Below, piece by piece: positions 1 to 13,704 of a stretch of 64,000 nt of DNA (positions are counted from its first letter, which is position 1; each line of letters starts with the position of its first letter). The notes under the pieces are model-generated. The model saw only the letters and a program-made list of their open reading frames with translations. It made no database searches and was not told the origin of the DNA. A program made the position numbers and the translations under genes. The stretch is from Bigelowiella natans CCMP2755 (Eukaryota > Protista > Cercozoa), in assembly GCA_000320545.1 (NCBI GenBank), contig ADNK01000094.1, forward strand, positions 42,545 to 106,544. The letters run 5' to 3'.

Positions 1-50
1 CGCCGAGGAAGAGATCGCAGAACAGGAGCTTGCGGAAGCGGCAGCGCACC

Positions 51-2215
51 ATGGAAGAAGGCGGTGCATATAACCCGATGGCTATGATGGAACAGATGAG
101 GCAGATGGGGCTGGACCCGGATTCGCTCGACCCTTCGAACCTGGCGCTCGCATGCAGTTAAAGTCAACATGCCCAGGACGTCCTTCCAACCTGCTCCCCA
201 CGCATCAGGTCTGTACGCGTTCACGTCTGTGCTTATGATTCAGAGAGAATATCGATTCGGAGGATGTGTATATCGGAACACGAGTTGGGTTCAAGGGGTT
301 GGAGGAGGGAAAGAAATATGTAGCCGCAATAATCATAAGGACATGGAGACGTCGTTATTGAATTTTCACACAACCGACAGGCTGTTCGGAAACAACTTAC
401 GACTGGGCTCAGTCGACGGGTTTTACTACGTTTTATCTCCCTGTTCCCAAGAATACACGCGGCAGAGAAATCAATTGCATCATCAAACCAGGCCACTTCA
501 CTTTCGGCATGAAGGGGTGATATCGCCATCCTAACCCATGCGAGACAGATGCTCGTTACATGATATCTGGCTGTTGATACGCAGGCAAGATCATTATATT
601 CATGGGGAGCTCGGAGGATTAGTGGATGTGAGTTTGAGCACATGGGAATTGATAGACGGTACGAATTCCAACCACCTTCGACGTGAGAACCTAAAAAAGG
701 TCATAATCTGATAACGAGCAGGTGTAGTCGAGGTTTCTCTCGCCAAAAAGGAGCACAGGTTCGGCATTCTAAGATATCGATATCGGAAATGATATATAAA
801 ACTCATTTGAGTGTCAATTTTCTATTCTATTTCTAAATAGAGAATGGTCCTTCGCTGTGAAGCCGTCTAAAGAAACGAAAGCAAACTCACGCGCAAGACC
901 TTACAAGAAACATTCTGGGGAGGTAAAGTCCAATCCAGTAGTTGGCAGGGACAACGACACAAGAAGGATCGAAAACAAATCAAAGTCGAAAGATTCTAAA
1001 TCTTGGGCCAGTGAAAAGTATAAGTACGCGCCGAAGAGAATTGCCGACGATTCCAAGGACGCTGCTAGCAGCGGTGCACGGAAACCTACAAGTTCCTCAT
1101 CATCATCCAAATGGGACAAGTTCGACGCAGACCAGGTATTGATCTTATATTGTTTGAGAATTAGGAGAGGTAAATTATCTATTCTGCAATCATTATAAGG
1201 CTCTGGCAGATCTTGAAAATGAAGACAATCCAGAGAACCATTCATGGAGGTTTGTAAAGCATCCTGATGCTTCTAGCGAAAGAACAACAATGCATAGTTT
1301 CTCTTCGCTCTCTCACCCCCCCTCTTCACCCCCCCCTCTCTCAGAGTATCCAAGGATCCTGGTGTAGCTACCGTCGATTGTGTTGGATATCAAAAGTCGA
1401 AAGAAGAGGTAGTAGCCTATTCTTGTATCATTACTACCTAGTGCTATCTATCCCATGTTGTAAACACGACGACGATACCACATCAGGTTGCCTTGGACAC
1501 TGATTTAGCAGCAGGCGTGAAACGAATGAAATCAATGCTGAGGATACGTTTGGCAAATGCACAGCAGTGCAAACAGAATGGAAACGATCTCGTTAAATCC
1601 AAAAACTGGGCTGAAGCTCTCAGTAATTATCTCGACCTATTTATGCCGCGCTGCTAAGCCTGCCATATCTAGCTCAGCTCACTCAATCATCTGTTTTCTG
1701 TGAACGAACTAGGATTTTATGAAGACGGATCGGAACAGCTGGGAGTAGCTAAGGCCGCTGCGCCGTTGATGTCAGGTATTGAATGATATTCATTCGAATG
1801 CAAAAAGTGTTCGCATACCAATAGATACGCTCTTCTTCAGAGTCGCTAGGAAAAAGAGTGAGGGAATTGAGCACCGCTCTAATCAATAATGCGTCCCTTT
1901 GTCATTTGAAGCTGGGACAATATAAGGCAGCACATGAATGCTCAAAGGAAGTTCTGAAGGTGACTTTGACTTAAGTTAAAACCCGGTAGACTATGTGTAT
2001 TGAGGGTCGGCTGATTAATCGAATACGGATAATTAATGCAGGAGGACAGTGCAAATATAAAGGCACTTTGCAGGAATGCCGCAGCACTAATTGAGCTTGG
2101 AAAAGATCAGCTAGCAAAAACTGCCCTTGATAAAGTTCAGAAATTATCACCATCGTCTAAACAGGTGGCACAGTTAATGGCAAGGCTTGAAGAAAAAAAA
2201 AAGATAGAGGGTTAG
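51..2215 (+). CDS. CS (p23/NudC-like) domain + C-terminal TPR co-chaperone, multi-exon; may start upstream of the window
   Basis: Spliced translation gives a CS fold (EINCIIKPGHFTFGMK..QDHYIHGELGGLVDVSLSTWELIDG..VVEVSLAKKEH..EWSFAVK), then SKWDKFDADQ, then TPR helices AQQCKQNGNDLVKSKNWAEAL, LINNASLCHLKLGQYKAAHECSKEVLK and NIKALCRNAAALIELGKDQLAKTALDKVQKLSP. Stop TAG at 2213-2215. Confidence 0.8.
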
Positions 2216-2299
2216 CCTTTGTTAGTTCTTCGTTTAATTGTTGTCACATCATCACCACATATTGTTACTCTATGCTAAGCCTCAAAATGTTGCGCGCGA

Positions 2300-2700
2300 A
2301 CATTTTGCCGCCATGAATATTTGTACACTTGGCGTTTGCCACCTATGTAACAAGTGTAGAGACTTGTTCAATGCAAACAACAAATGCATCATGATGAAAT
2401 AAATAAAGAAACGGCTATAGTGACAGCATACGTGCATGCACAGTATCGTACGTGCTGCTCATTAGCAATAAGCAAATGCGCGATCGATACAACGTACAGT
2501 GACACACTATAACGTACTACTTGTTATTGCGCACATAGCTAGATAGCCCCAGCAATCAATAACAACATGCCAATACACAATCCACAATGACTTTGCCCAT
2601 GCAATATTCCAGGTCACAATGTAGATTGCTGCATTAAATCGACTATGCTCAGAAGCAATATGTGATAAGCTTTCGATCAATGCGTTTAACGCACCTTGCA
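2300..2700. other. TG/CA-rich intergenic island 1 (convergent junction)
   Basis: Dense tgca/catg/gcat/agcta motifs between a + gene end and a - gene end. Confidence 0.5.
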
Positions 2701-3107
2701 GAAGGCTGCTATTGAAATATTCCTTCCAGATAATGGCAAGGTATACTCAGACTAAGTACTATGAAGATATCGTGGCTTAGGAACCAAAGTTTAAGATCAG
2801 AGCTTAGTTATTACTTACTATACCAGCAAGTTTTGACGACTGGTAATCGTCCCGAATCCGTCAATATATTCCATGGCAATATAGGATGACTAAGTATCAC
2901 ACCTCGCACGCCGAAGTCACTAAGGGGTGTCTGTACAAGTGGTTGAAACTCCGCGACGCACGTACCACGCACCGTGAGTACTTGCAGAAAAGCTATTTCG
3001 TTGTCCACACCCTCGGAACTTCAAGTATTATTTAAGAACCAAAGTGCGGCTTTTCTGCCCGAGGGAAGTACTCGCCGTCTATATTATCGAGAAATACTAA
3101 GCAGCAG

Positions 3108-3506
3108 CTACTGTGGTGACCTAGGCTTTGGGAAAATCCCGTTTAGCTTCCGCCTATACCTGTAATGTGAGAAGGAACACCGAATGAGAATAGCAGACTC
3201 AGGTGCGCTGCCAGGTGTGCACTACCACGCTCGAAGATCGGTGAAGACATTCCTCTCTGGTATTGGGCTTCCCGGTCTATTGAAATCTGCATGGAACACC
3301 TACCAATTCGCGACCGTTAGACATAAGAAATTGTCAAGCCCTCTACAGCTTGGATTTGGTCATACCAAATAAAATGCCATGGCCCCGGTCACCGCAAAGG
3401 TAGCGCCTCGCATTGCTCGTCTCCATGGAGCTCGGAACTCCTCTGAAAATCTTTTCTCCGCAAAGTTTGAGCGATCCGAGTCCAAGCGGCGTTTCGGGGG
3501 TGCCAT
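3108..3506 (-). CDS. Small (~88 aa) single-pass membrane protein, 3 exons
   Basis: MAPPKRRLDSDRSNFAEKRFSEEFRAPWRRAMRGATFAVTGAMAFYL|VFHADFNRPGSPIPERNVFTDLRAW|YRRKLNGIFPKPRSPQ*. Two in-phase GT-AG introns. Confidence 0.7.
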
Positions 3507-3923
3507 GTTCTGTCTCGCTTGCGGTGACGTTCGAATCCGGTGCGTGGGGTTCAGCTCGGTCAGGCAGGGAGAACAGGACATAAATCAAGCGATAAATATC
3601 TACTATGTTATACAGAAAAACAGTATGGATTCCTCCTTACCATCGATGGCGTCGTCGTCGTATATGGGTCAAATTCGAAGGAAAAGTGGATGTTTTGTCG
3701 ATCAGAAGTAGACAGCCAAGTCGAACCCGCACAGCATCAATCTGCAAACAAGTCATAGCAAGTGAGAACTCTTCTTTTCGATGTTTCTCCCACATAAAAT
3801 GACAATTTAGGCTGAGATAGATATTCGGTAGCGACTTAGATATTTGCGGGGTAACTTTCTGCCCTAAAACCCGAATGTCTCGGAGGTGAATGGGGCCGGA
3901 CGAGCAGTTGCTGTGCTCTAGTG

Positions 3924-6900
3924 ATGGAGCGTTCCAGGCGTACATACACTCTCCTTCGTCGCTCCAGCAGCTTGGAAAGGAGGACTACATGCAGGAGGCT
4001 AGCTGGGATCTTACTTTTGGTATTATCCCTGGCAACGTTGATTGTGGTCGACTTAAAGCCAGATGCAGTTGTTCAACAGCAACGAAGCGGCATGCTTCAG
4101 GTAACGATGTAAGCATAAGTGACGCACCTGAGATTATTAGCCATGGGCACGTGCTCATCAGGTACCCTCGGACTTCTCCCACAGCAGTGGTGACGATGGG
4201 ATGGAAGTGGTAAAGCAGTCGAAGAAGCAGATGCTGTGGGGGGGGGCACTGTCCAAGTTCTCGACAGCGCTCGCTGCTGCAATGATGGCGACCACAGTTT
4301 CTCATCGGCCCGCTCGTGCACTAAACAGATGGCAGAGGTAGTAGTAATGTCACTATATTTCTCTAACTATGGGTGCAACAGCGAGTGGAAAGGAGCGAGC
4401 CATAAGACGCGAGATAATGAACCGGCGTAACAACGATACTCAATATAGTGACCACCGAACCTGAGCTCTTTCGGTTTGGGGGGGAGCAGAAATCCCGTGC
4501 GAAATATTTGTAATTAGTACTGAAGTATATATGCTGCTTCTACGCTTCAGCGACTCCGACGACGAGGATGGCTTGCAGGATATCCATGTAAATAACTTCG
4601 CACCACGAACTGCAAATCCCCTTTGCTACATCATACTGTCAAATCCTCTCCTAATTTTCATCTTCATTCTACTTCGCAGGCAGGTCTCCCGGTCTTACCT
4701 CAGCGGACATCTTTTGTGCCTTACCCGGTAATCCATGTTGATGGCTGCTGATGATGATGACTCGACTGTATTCGATGGACGAAGATGAAGCGAACGATAT
4801 CATCGAAGAATAAATATTGATCAATGTCGCGAGGAAGTCAAAGTCTTTGTTTTCTCTAATGATGCATCACGCAGTTCATATTGACGCGCATGTAGTCTCA
4901 TCCCCCCACCCCCCCACCCCCCTGCCCCCCTCCCAAACCCATTCTCTTCGCTCGTTGTTAATTCATTTACTCTTAAGACCGTGAGTGAAGCAGTTGAGGG
5001 AGGGGGCAACATAGCAACGTCCGAAAGAGTCCATCGCCTCACGCCGAACTTGTGGAGATACTCGAAGGATTTCCCTATCAAGGATGACGACGGCGGTTCG
5101 GAGCTGAGAGATCGTGGAGCAGAGCGCGAGACAGCAAGGGTACAGCAGAATGCAGTATAGTCGATCATCCTCTTTCTCTAGCTCAGAACCGCAAGTTCAA
5201 CACCCCGTCCCTTGCACTCATACACAGTATGCACAATTCTAGATGCCTGCTTTGGACGCCAACCCTGGATACTATACCAAGCACTTCTCTATCGACGACG
5301 AATGGAAATGCGGTGACTTACAACCGAATGCATCCATTGTTTTTTTATGATGCCCGCCTGCCTTCTTTATTAACCCACTTTCAAACGCCACTGCAAGGAC
5401 TTCGAGAGGAGGATCTTGAGGAAGGCCTTGAGGAAGGCCTTAAGAAAGGCAACATGCTTGGAATTCCGGGTGCAACGGACCAGATTATGCTATCGCTTAA
5501 GGGAAGAAACATCGGAAACATTAGCGTTTGGATTAATAATGTCGCTCTCACAAAGTCCTCTTCAGCTTCGTCAAGGGTATCACCATCATCACCATCACCA
5601 TCATCACCACCATCATCGTCATCATCATCATCATCACCATCTTAGCCCTTCTGCAGTCGGCTGATGACAAATTTGATCGCTATTTTCGCTTTGCCGTGTA
5701 TCCCTTACAACTGTGATTGATTGAGCTGCTTTTCCAATCTTTCACTCAACTATACCAGCTACAGCAGCAGCAGCAGCATCTGGGCGTCGAGTTCCTCATT
5801 ACCAAATATGCAAAGCTCGATTCCATCAACAACATCACGTTTAAGGTCCCCGAATCAATGGCACTCTCCCCTAGTAGAGTAGACCGGGAGAAGAGTGCGG
5901 CGCAATTATTGGAGTAGTGTTCTCCACAATCCTCATACCCTCGACTGACGACAAGAAATGCGAGAGGAAAGGAGAGGGACACGCAGGGGGAGAAAAGTCA
6001 GTGGTGAGTCAACGAGTGTAATGCTTGCCCTTTGCGCACTATCAGATCCACGATGAAGGAGAACGAAGTAAAAGAAACTTCATTGAAGACATCTTCCTCA
6101 CTCTCCGGCCGGCGGCGTTTCTGCTGGATTTTCATGTGAAAGCCGACATAGCAAGTACGTCGAGATAGCAATTGGACTGCTGAAGGCCACCCCATCCCCC
6201 ATCCCCGCAACATACCGAACGTGCTTTCGCAGATATCATCAGCATCATCATAGTTGTCATCATCTTAGGCGCGCAGAACGTCGGAGTCACGCAGGGTCTT
6301 ATCAGCGTGGAAGCGCATGTCGCCTATCCTGATGGCCCTCCGTAAGCATGATCAACTTTACCAATCAAAATGCGTGCACACCCGCACATTAAGACACACA
6401 GAGGAAGTGGGGGAGCGGGGGGGGGCGGGGGGGGGGTGATTCAGAATATTTAAATAAATTATTTAATTTCACGGCAAATACCACTGCGATTCTGGGGCTG
6501 AATTTTGGGAATGAAAAGTTGATAATTCAATACCCAAAACAGTATCCTGAAGGACGTTGGGGTACATGTCTCGTGCATCGATGAAAGAGGTCTGCTCATG
6601 ATGATTTCTCGGCGCGAAAGAAAGTGTTTTCTCATTGCCACCCCGCCCCTCCCCCTTTCACGTAGAGTTGGACGCCGAAGGAAGGATTTGCAAGGTCATG
6701 GAGCAAGGGTAAGGACCGCAGCGTAGTCATTCAGTATATATACACAGCTTACGTACGATATACGACGTGATGCTATTGTATCGTATAGACAAATATGCAA
6801 CGTTCCTACAATAAGTTAAAGGGACTAGAAGCGAAAGGACAAAATGCATTTTGCAAAAGCAACGTCGTGTTCCCTACTTGCTCTTCCTGCTGGCTCTCCC

Positions 6901-9373
6901 CCCTGCCCCCGCTTCAGAACGTATTTACTAACTCAATGCTCACCACCCAGGCACCCTATCAGTCACTTGAAGAGGGGAAAAGGTATAAGTCTATAATGGT
7001 GGCATGTTCTCATTCAGATGAGAGAATCGTAGCCAATGACATGCTCAATGATCAAAATTGCAGATGTTCTCCGGCACATACACGCTTATTTTTCAATTTT
7101 CTTTTCAAATTCCCGTAGGACTGATCCGCATAAGTTGGGTGTCATCGCATGTATTGCATGATTTGAGGATATTTGCTGTGAAGCTTTGTTCCGTGACTTC
7201 CCCAAAATCTGCTACTAGCTCATTTGCGTTGTTCTTCCAGGCTACGTGATCAATCACAAAGCTGCAATCTTCCGACCGAAGCGATATTCATGTAAATCTA
7301 CTCAAACGACAGTGTGGTGTGTGGTGGTGTGCGTCATCATACGCCTCTTAACGGAGCAGAAGAAGATCAACAGCGATTAATGTTCCCTTCGGTCGACGTG
7401 TTTGTGCCCCTTAATCATGATTATATTCCAGCATATCTCTATTAGCATTAACGACTCACTAAGACAGCATTTTCCGCCTTTCAGACGATCAGCTTTGCCC
7501 GTACTTCCCCCCTCTCCCCCTCCAGGCGAAGTGCCGTATCTATATACAGTATTGGTGTCGCTGGTGAATTCGTTCGGTGCAAACATGGAGACGATTACAT
7601 TTCCCATAGGCTTTCGCACGATCGATTTACGGGTACTGGCTGTATTTTAGTCCCATATCCCCCCCCCCCCCCATCATACCTATCATCGTCCTCGTCATCA
7701 CTTTCAAAGCCGGCGTCGTATTGGTTCTCTTAGGGAGGACAACTGACGCTGAACAAAGCATCTCTTCGCCTTTTCGGTGTGCTGCTTAAGCCCCTCGCGC
7801 ATACATATATGCTATGACCTTTTGCATGGGTGGGGTCAAAAGGAATGGCGGTGTCCTTTCTTTCCTTTTCCTTATGCGCGACGGGGGATTTCTGCTGTAA
7901 GAACCAATGAAACAAAAATGCGGCTGCAGGTGGTGTAAGCATATAGCCACCGTCTCATCAACAGGGAGAGGGGAGAAATGCAATGCAAGGGGATGGGATA
8001 GGGAGAGAAGGGGTGAGGAGGGGCACTTCCTCCGTTTATCTCGCTGACCGATCTTTAATAAAGGTACATACGCAAAAAGCGCCCACAAACTAGCGGCAGA
8101 GGCGGCAATGAGAAAAAGAGAAATATCCAATGAAAATGAAGACACGGCTCTTGTTTCACAACTAGAAACATCGCTGAAAATAAGCGACCAAAGGGGCGGT
8201 CCTTCATCTGCTCCAGCTTCAAATCTTACTAGCAGCAGCTACCCAGACATGATCCCTTCCTCCTCCTCCTCCCCCCTCTCCTCGTCCCTCCATTATGAGC
8301 GGGAGGAAGTGCATCGAGAGCTAGAGAAGTACCTACAGTATATCAAGGTAGTGTGTGTGTGTGTGTGTGTGGAGAGAAGAGAGAGAAAAAGAGGGGGGAT
8401 GGGAGGGAAAGATTATATTCTGCTAAGATTATTTCACTCGTAAATACGTTCGTGGTTTGGGTAAGGCAAGAATACCATCAAACCGATTGATCTATTTATC
8501 ACAATCACCTTTTCACCGTTCACAACATCACGATGGATGCTGGTTGCTAGGGTGACGACTTCAATGCAGTCCTTGCGAGGCCAGAGGAATGCCCGGAAGA
8601 GATGTACAGACTTTGTACGGATCTAGGCATCTATGTCATCGATATGGTAGAGTTGGACGATCTACAGCATGCTGACGTCGAAGCAATACTCCAGCGTTTC
8701 ACCCAAGTGTACGTCCCCCCCCCCCCCCCCCCCCATAAACAACCACCATACCACCTATAAGCAGCACGAACAAGTAAAAAGATGCAAGCTCTGCTGTACC
8801 GCTTTCCATGTTCTCCCCTCTACCCTGCCTCCTTCCGGTGAAAAATCTAACAATTTTCGTTGTGCTTTGTCTTCGTTCCCCTGCCTACCCTCAAACCGCC
8901 ATCACCCCGCTGTAGTCATCTGCGCAACCGCAACCATCCATGTGTGGTTGGAATGTGCGTTAAGCTTCCAAAGAACGCTCCACAGTGCCTTCACCAGCTC
9001 ATCTATAGCCATCTCAAATCCCTCGACGATGAGCGCTTTGTCGTATCTCTTCTCCCCCCCCGCCTCTGCCTACGGAAGCGAAGAAGAGAGGTCACCTCGA
9101 CTTCTACGAGCTGGGGGCGATCATGGCGCGGGGTGGAAGGGGGGGGGCTGCAGATAGACCCACAGCCCACTTTTCATATGAGAACAAGACATATCCGGGA
9201 GACATTGCCATGCTGGAAGGTGTTCCTGCAGCTCTCTCATCGCCATACGCGGTAGTACCTCTTCAACTTGTGATCAATGACACAATGAAGAAGATCACGA
9301 AGGAGTAGTATAGAGTGCTACTAGTAGTGGTGGTGGTGGTGGTGGTAGTGATAATAATAGCAGAGATGCCGTT

Positions 9374-9414
<41 letters not shown>

Positions 9415-10295
9415 GTATATTTCTATATATTTCTATATGTATTCATGTAAACATATCAGCGGAAACTCATGATATTCGCACATGACTTCTCTCCGATGTA
9501 ATCAGGTACCAGCAATGTATAGTGAAATTTGTCTCAGTGCCTGGAAGAGTGGGCTCAAGATGGTGGGAAGCTTCTCGCGGATAATGAACACGTCGGAGCT
9601 TGCAAAATCATCGTCATCCTCCTCATCCTCACTCTCATCCTCCTCCCCATCGATGTTACATCGGCGAGTGCTGTCGTGCATAAATATCCAAGTTGCAGAT
9701 GTCTCAAATGGAAGAGTCACTTTGGAGGTTCTAACAACAGAAAATTAAAGAAACATATGCAAGTGCATGTACGCATGTAAATGTTTGTGTATACCCGTTC
9801 GTGTGTTAGCATCTTAGTGCAACAATTCTTTGTTGCGTATATCCGCTTAAGTTCTGTTCCTTTTCCCCATCATCAATTTTGCTGTGTCTCCACATTGGTT
9901 AGATCTGCAATCGGAATTTCTTCAAGAGACTGGATATTTATAATGTTTACTACCAAATCTTAGAAAACGACTCCCCAATCCCCCCACCTCTCGACCCTTC
10001 TCTTAACCGAAGGGACTCGTCAGATGCACAATCAGCGTCATTATCATCATTGTCGTCGTTGTTATCATCCGAGCACCTCTTCCCGCCACTGGTCTTATCA
10101 AAGCTACGAATAAAGCCAAGGCAATGTGAGAAAGTAACCCTTGATGCAGTGCCAATATTATTCCGTCCTATCCCAGGAGCGAAATATCACATCAACATTA
10201 CCATCGTGTTGAATAGAGATGGCTTAGTCCTTCCACGCGGCGCAGTATATAGAAAGTTTAAACTACCCCTCATTCTGAAGAACAATATTCGATAG
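3924..10295 (+). CDS. GH2 beta-galactosidase (LacZ)-like protein, catalytically degenerate, lacking domain 5; hydrophobic N-terminal leader; many exons
   Basis: LacZ-colinear motifs in successive exons: LPVLPQRTSFVPYP; PYLYTVLVSLVNSFGANMETITFPIGFRTIDLR|GGQLTLNKASLRLFG; DFNAVLARPEECPEEMYRLCTDLGIYVID; RNRNHPCVVGMCVKLP..LIYSHLKSLDDERFV; ICNRNFFKRLDIYNVYYQILEND; IKPRQCEKVTL..YHINITIVL. Stop at 10293-10295. Confidence 0.8.
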
Positions 10296-10309
10296 TGAAA
10301 CTCCGCCGA

Positions 10310-10780
10310 TAATAGACATCATATGCAAACCCATCCTAAACATACATAAGCATGTACCTACAGCTGCTATGCACACGTAGTAGGCATAGCCTAGCTAGCT
10401 AACTGTACAGATGCACGTACGTATGCGAGAGATCCTTGAGTCGATTTCCAGTTCCCATGCCGCGAGTCTCGCTCAGCGTGCTTAGATTTTGCCCGCAGCG
10501 CGTGTCCTTATTCCACGTGACTTTTCCATGCGAGTGCGCTGGGGACTAGGAGTGGCGCTGCGTTTTAGCACACGAACACATGTCCAGGAACGCGCCTACC
10601 TACGCATGCCTAGGCGAGCATGTTACATTGTCATGTGCATGTTTGGTGGCTATTTCAGCTTTGTTCAACAACTACAAACAGAGTGGCAAATAGCGGTTCA
10701 CAGCCCATTCAATGATTCTACGATGCTCATTCAAGGCAACACACTCCCTTTTCCATGTCATAATTTCGTAAGTTCTCTAT
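10310..10780. other. TG/CA-rich intergenic island 2 (convergent junction)
   Basis: gcctagctagcta, atgcac, gcatgcctagg, tcatgtgcatg. Confidence 0.55.
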
Positions 10781-10910
10781 CCCACAATAGTCTCCCTTCC
10801 TTTGAGATAGTCGCAAAGAATTAACAGGGAGTTCCTCGGGATAATTTTTACTTCCAACAAGATCTACCTTGGTTTGTAAGGATTGAACAAATGTACGACT
10901 GATGTAATTA

Positions 10911-13704
10911 TCAAAACGGCGAGGATATCAGAGAAGATTGTTCTGACGATGAGGATACAAATATCCATAACAGCCCTGCATTCATTCCCACTATTCCTCC
11001 GATCAGAAACATGCTTCTATGTTGCATGTGCCGTTCTAAATAATCATCAAATAGTCCAATATAACCCACTGGGTTAAGGAGTGGGTATTCAAGTTGATAT
11101 TCTTGAGCAATCTTTGTTCCAACCATTGTTGAATTTAAGTCGTTCTTTGAACGGTTGAAATTCGATTGACTTGGCCGTAGACTAACACCGTTTGACTCTT
11201 TCAGCTTAATTTCACTCTCTAATAAATTGTTCTCGATGGATGCTTTCATCGATTTATCAGTTCGCGACCGTAGGAAGGTGGTACATCTATCATCTAAACT
11301 AAAATTTTCGTCTTGAATAAACGATTTCATACTCAGATGTTCGTTAGTCTGTTCATTGTTTTCTTTCCCGTGAGAAATAGACGATGTTTCGTCTTTGTGG
11401 TCAAAAGACGTGTAATTGTGGGTTCTAAAATCAATGTCAACACCATATTCGTCCCGAATGTCAAGATCGAATTCATTTCGGTCTGGCTCTACGTTGGGTA
11501 GCGTAGCTGTCTTTTTGACAGAGTTCGGGTCATTCGTATCACCAAAATCCGATAGCCTCTTCTGATCGGAATCCAGGGCTGATGCATTTATGCGTATCCT
11601 GTCCATTCTTCTATTCAAAAGCGTATTTCCTAACCAGCTTGTGAGAACTGTCATCGCAAGAGCAATAGTATAGCCAATCATGTAACCTTCAAGCTTAGAA
11701 TTTTCCTACCATATTTTCAGTGAGCCAAATACAATTAAGTTCGCTATCAAATTATGTTCTCTTATATCTTATATCTTTGTGAGAAAAGGAAGATGTGACA
11801 AATCACCTTCAGATTTTTTGAGCTCTTTATCAACGTGAACCCAATTTTGTCCCCAAAGGTGTATTCGGCCAAAAGCTATCCAAAAAGATAAAGATAATAG
11901 AGCATAAAATTGATCTTCGTCTTAGAGTTGAATTAGTAGTGTCAAAAGGTACCATCAAGAGTAGAAGAGGGGTCACAAAGCCTTGTGCAAAAACTTTTTG
12001 TCGAATAAACTGATACTTCTTTGCCATATAAATCGCCATCCTAAATGTTCGTCAAACGTTCTCTCATCGAAATTCGCAATTAAAATATAGGTGAATTACC
12101 CAAGAGATGATTTATCAGACTTCATGAATCTATAATAATTCTCGTATAAAATGCCACTTTTCACCAAAATGTCGTTGAATGCAATGATGAGAAGAATTAT
12201 GATATAGCCGGTGGAAAGGAAATCAACAAAGAGAAGCTGCGAATGGACGGCGAACTCCTAAATGTGGACAAATTAGTTTGTTATTTAGCCTATATGTTTC
12301 TCAATATGTTGCCTGGAAAAATTGAAGGGAGAAAAGAGGGAGTTCAAAAACGCCACGATGTCTTTTACGAATGATAGAAACGAGCTCCCAAACTAAGACA
12401 GTTGCAAAGGAGGTCGCTGCGTAATTGAAAAGTAACCCCACCGTAGCTACCGACTCTCTGAAAATTAAAAAATACTAAATATAATTGACCAAAATTCCTT
12501 CACTTAAATGCGTTCTTACCTGCCTACTGCATGGCGGACATAACTCCAAAAGTACACGATTCCAATGGAGCCGTTTCCAACCGTTGTGACACAAGTAAGA
12601 ACCAGAGGAAAGTCTGTACCTCCATATGTTTTAATGCTCAACTTGAAGTACTTGATGAAAGCGAGATTTGAAATTGTTAACATCATCAAGTATAATGCTT
12701 CAGTTAGCTGTTGTACAAAAAATTACATTCAATATGCGAAAGTTTTCATGTGAAGTAAAGGATAATTACCAGCAAGATGTGTTGTACATTGTGATCAAAA
12801 TCTTGGAAAATTAGAGAAGTAAAGTGTAGTGCTGATGTAAAAAATCATAAGTTCAGCCTTAAAGTCGTCGCAAAATATTTCAATACAAACAACCTGGGAA
12901 AATGATGAGTCCCCAAACAAACATGTGACGTCTTGAAAATCGAGGCCATGCTTCGTAGGTTTTAAAGTAAACAATAGATGGATATACATATGCAGTGAAT
13001 ACGCAAATTGCCGCGTTGATACAGACAATAACTGCCTTTGCTGACCGAGGAAGAGTCATCACCTCCTCCGAGGCAGATATGAAGATTGCTCCCCCACAAA
13101 TAAGAGAGAATCCCAGCACGTACAGCGCAAATCGTGAACCTTCCCAAGCTTTCGGAGCAAAGATTCGCCAAGTCAAATATCCATAAGAAATCGTGAAAGT
13201 AGTCGATGTTGATAGATAAACGGAAGTTCTCTCATAAGCACCACTGTTAACTGCTATAGCTATTAAAAGGTATAATCCAAATCCTCCCAGCAAAATTAAA
13301 GGACCATCCGAAAGATATACGGCGGCCCATCCTGGAACATTGCAACACTTCAATGTGCTATTAATGACATCAAAGATATTAACTTTGCTTTCGGAGGTCT
13401 GCATAAGGATAGAGTAGAACTTAAGTTGTAAATTATGCAATGGAACATTTAAAATTGAACACTGAGCATTGAACTGCGCTTGTAACATGACGATGCATCG
13501 AAGATCAAAATGGGCTTAAATTCTCATGGGCACTCATTATTCTCATAATGATGTCTTTTTCCAAGCTATTAGCAACACCTTTATGAATGGTTGGTCCAAG
13601 GAATTCGGATTCGTTTCGTTAGATCCTCCATTCTGCTGTTCGATCGCACCTTGGTTCTTTGAGTTCGCCTTGCTCAAAGGTACTTCCGAGTAGGACGCAG
13701 CCAT
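10911..13704 (-). CDS. Multipass membrane protein of unknown function
   Basis: Long exons 12880-13488 and 10911-11681 plus small exons encode many hydrophobic helices (e.g. PLILLGGFGLYLLIAIAV, FALYVLGFSLICGGAIFI, AVIVCINAAICVFTAYVYP, IGYTIALAMTVLTSWL, MFLIGGIVGMNAGLLWIFV). Probable first exon MAASYSEVPLSK. Confidence 0.65.

Noticed and set aside
233-643. 136-aa minus-strand ORF
   Set aside because: Antisense to the CS-domain exons of the + strand gene.
5416-5664. Poly-His ORF suggesting a metal-binding protein
   Set aside because: Off-frame reading of a (CAT/CAC)n microsatellite in the GH2-like gene.
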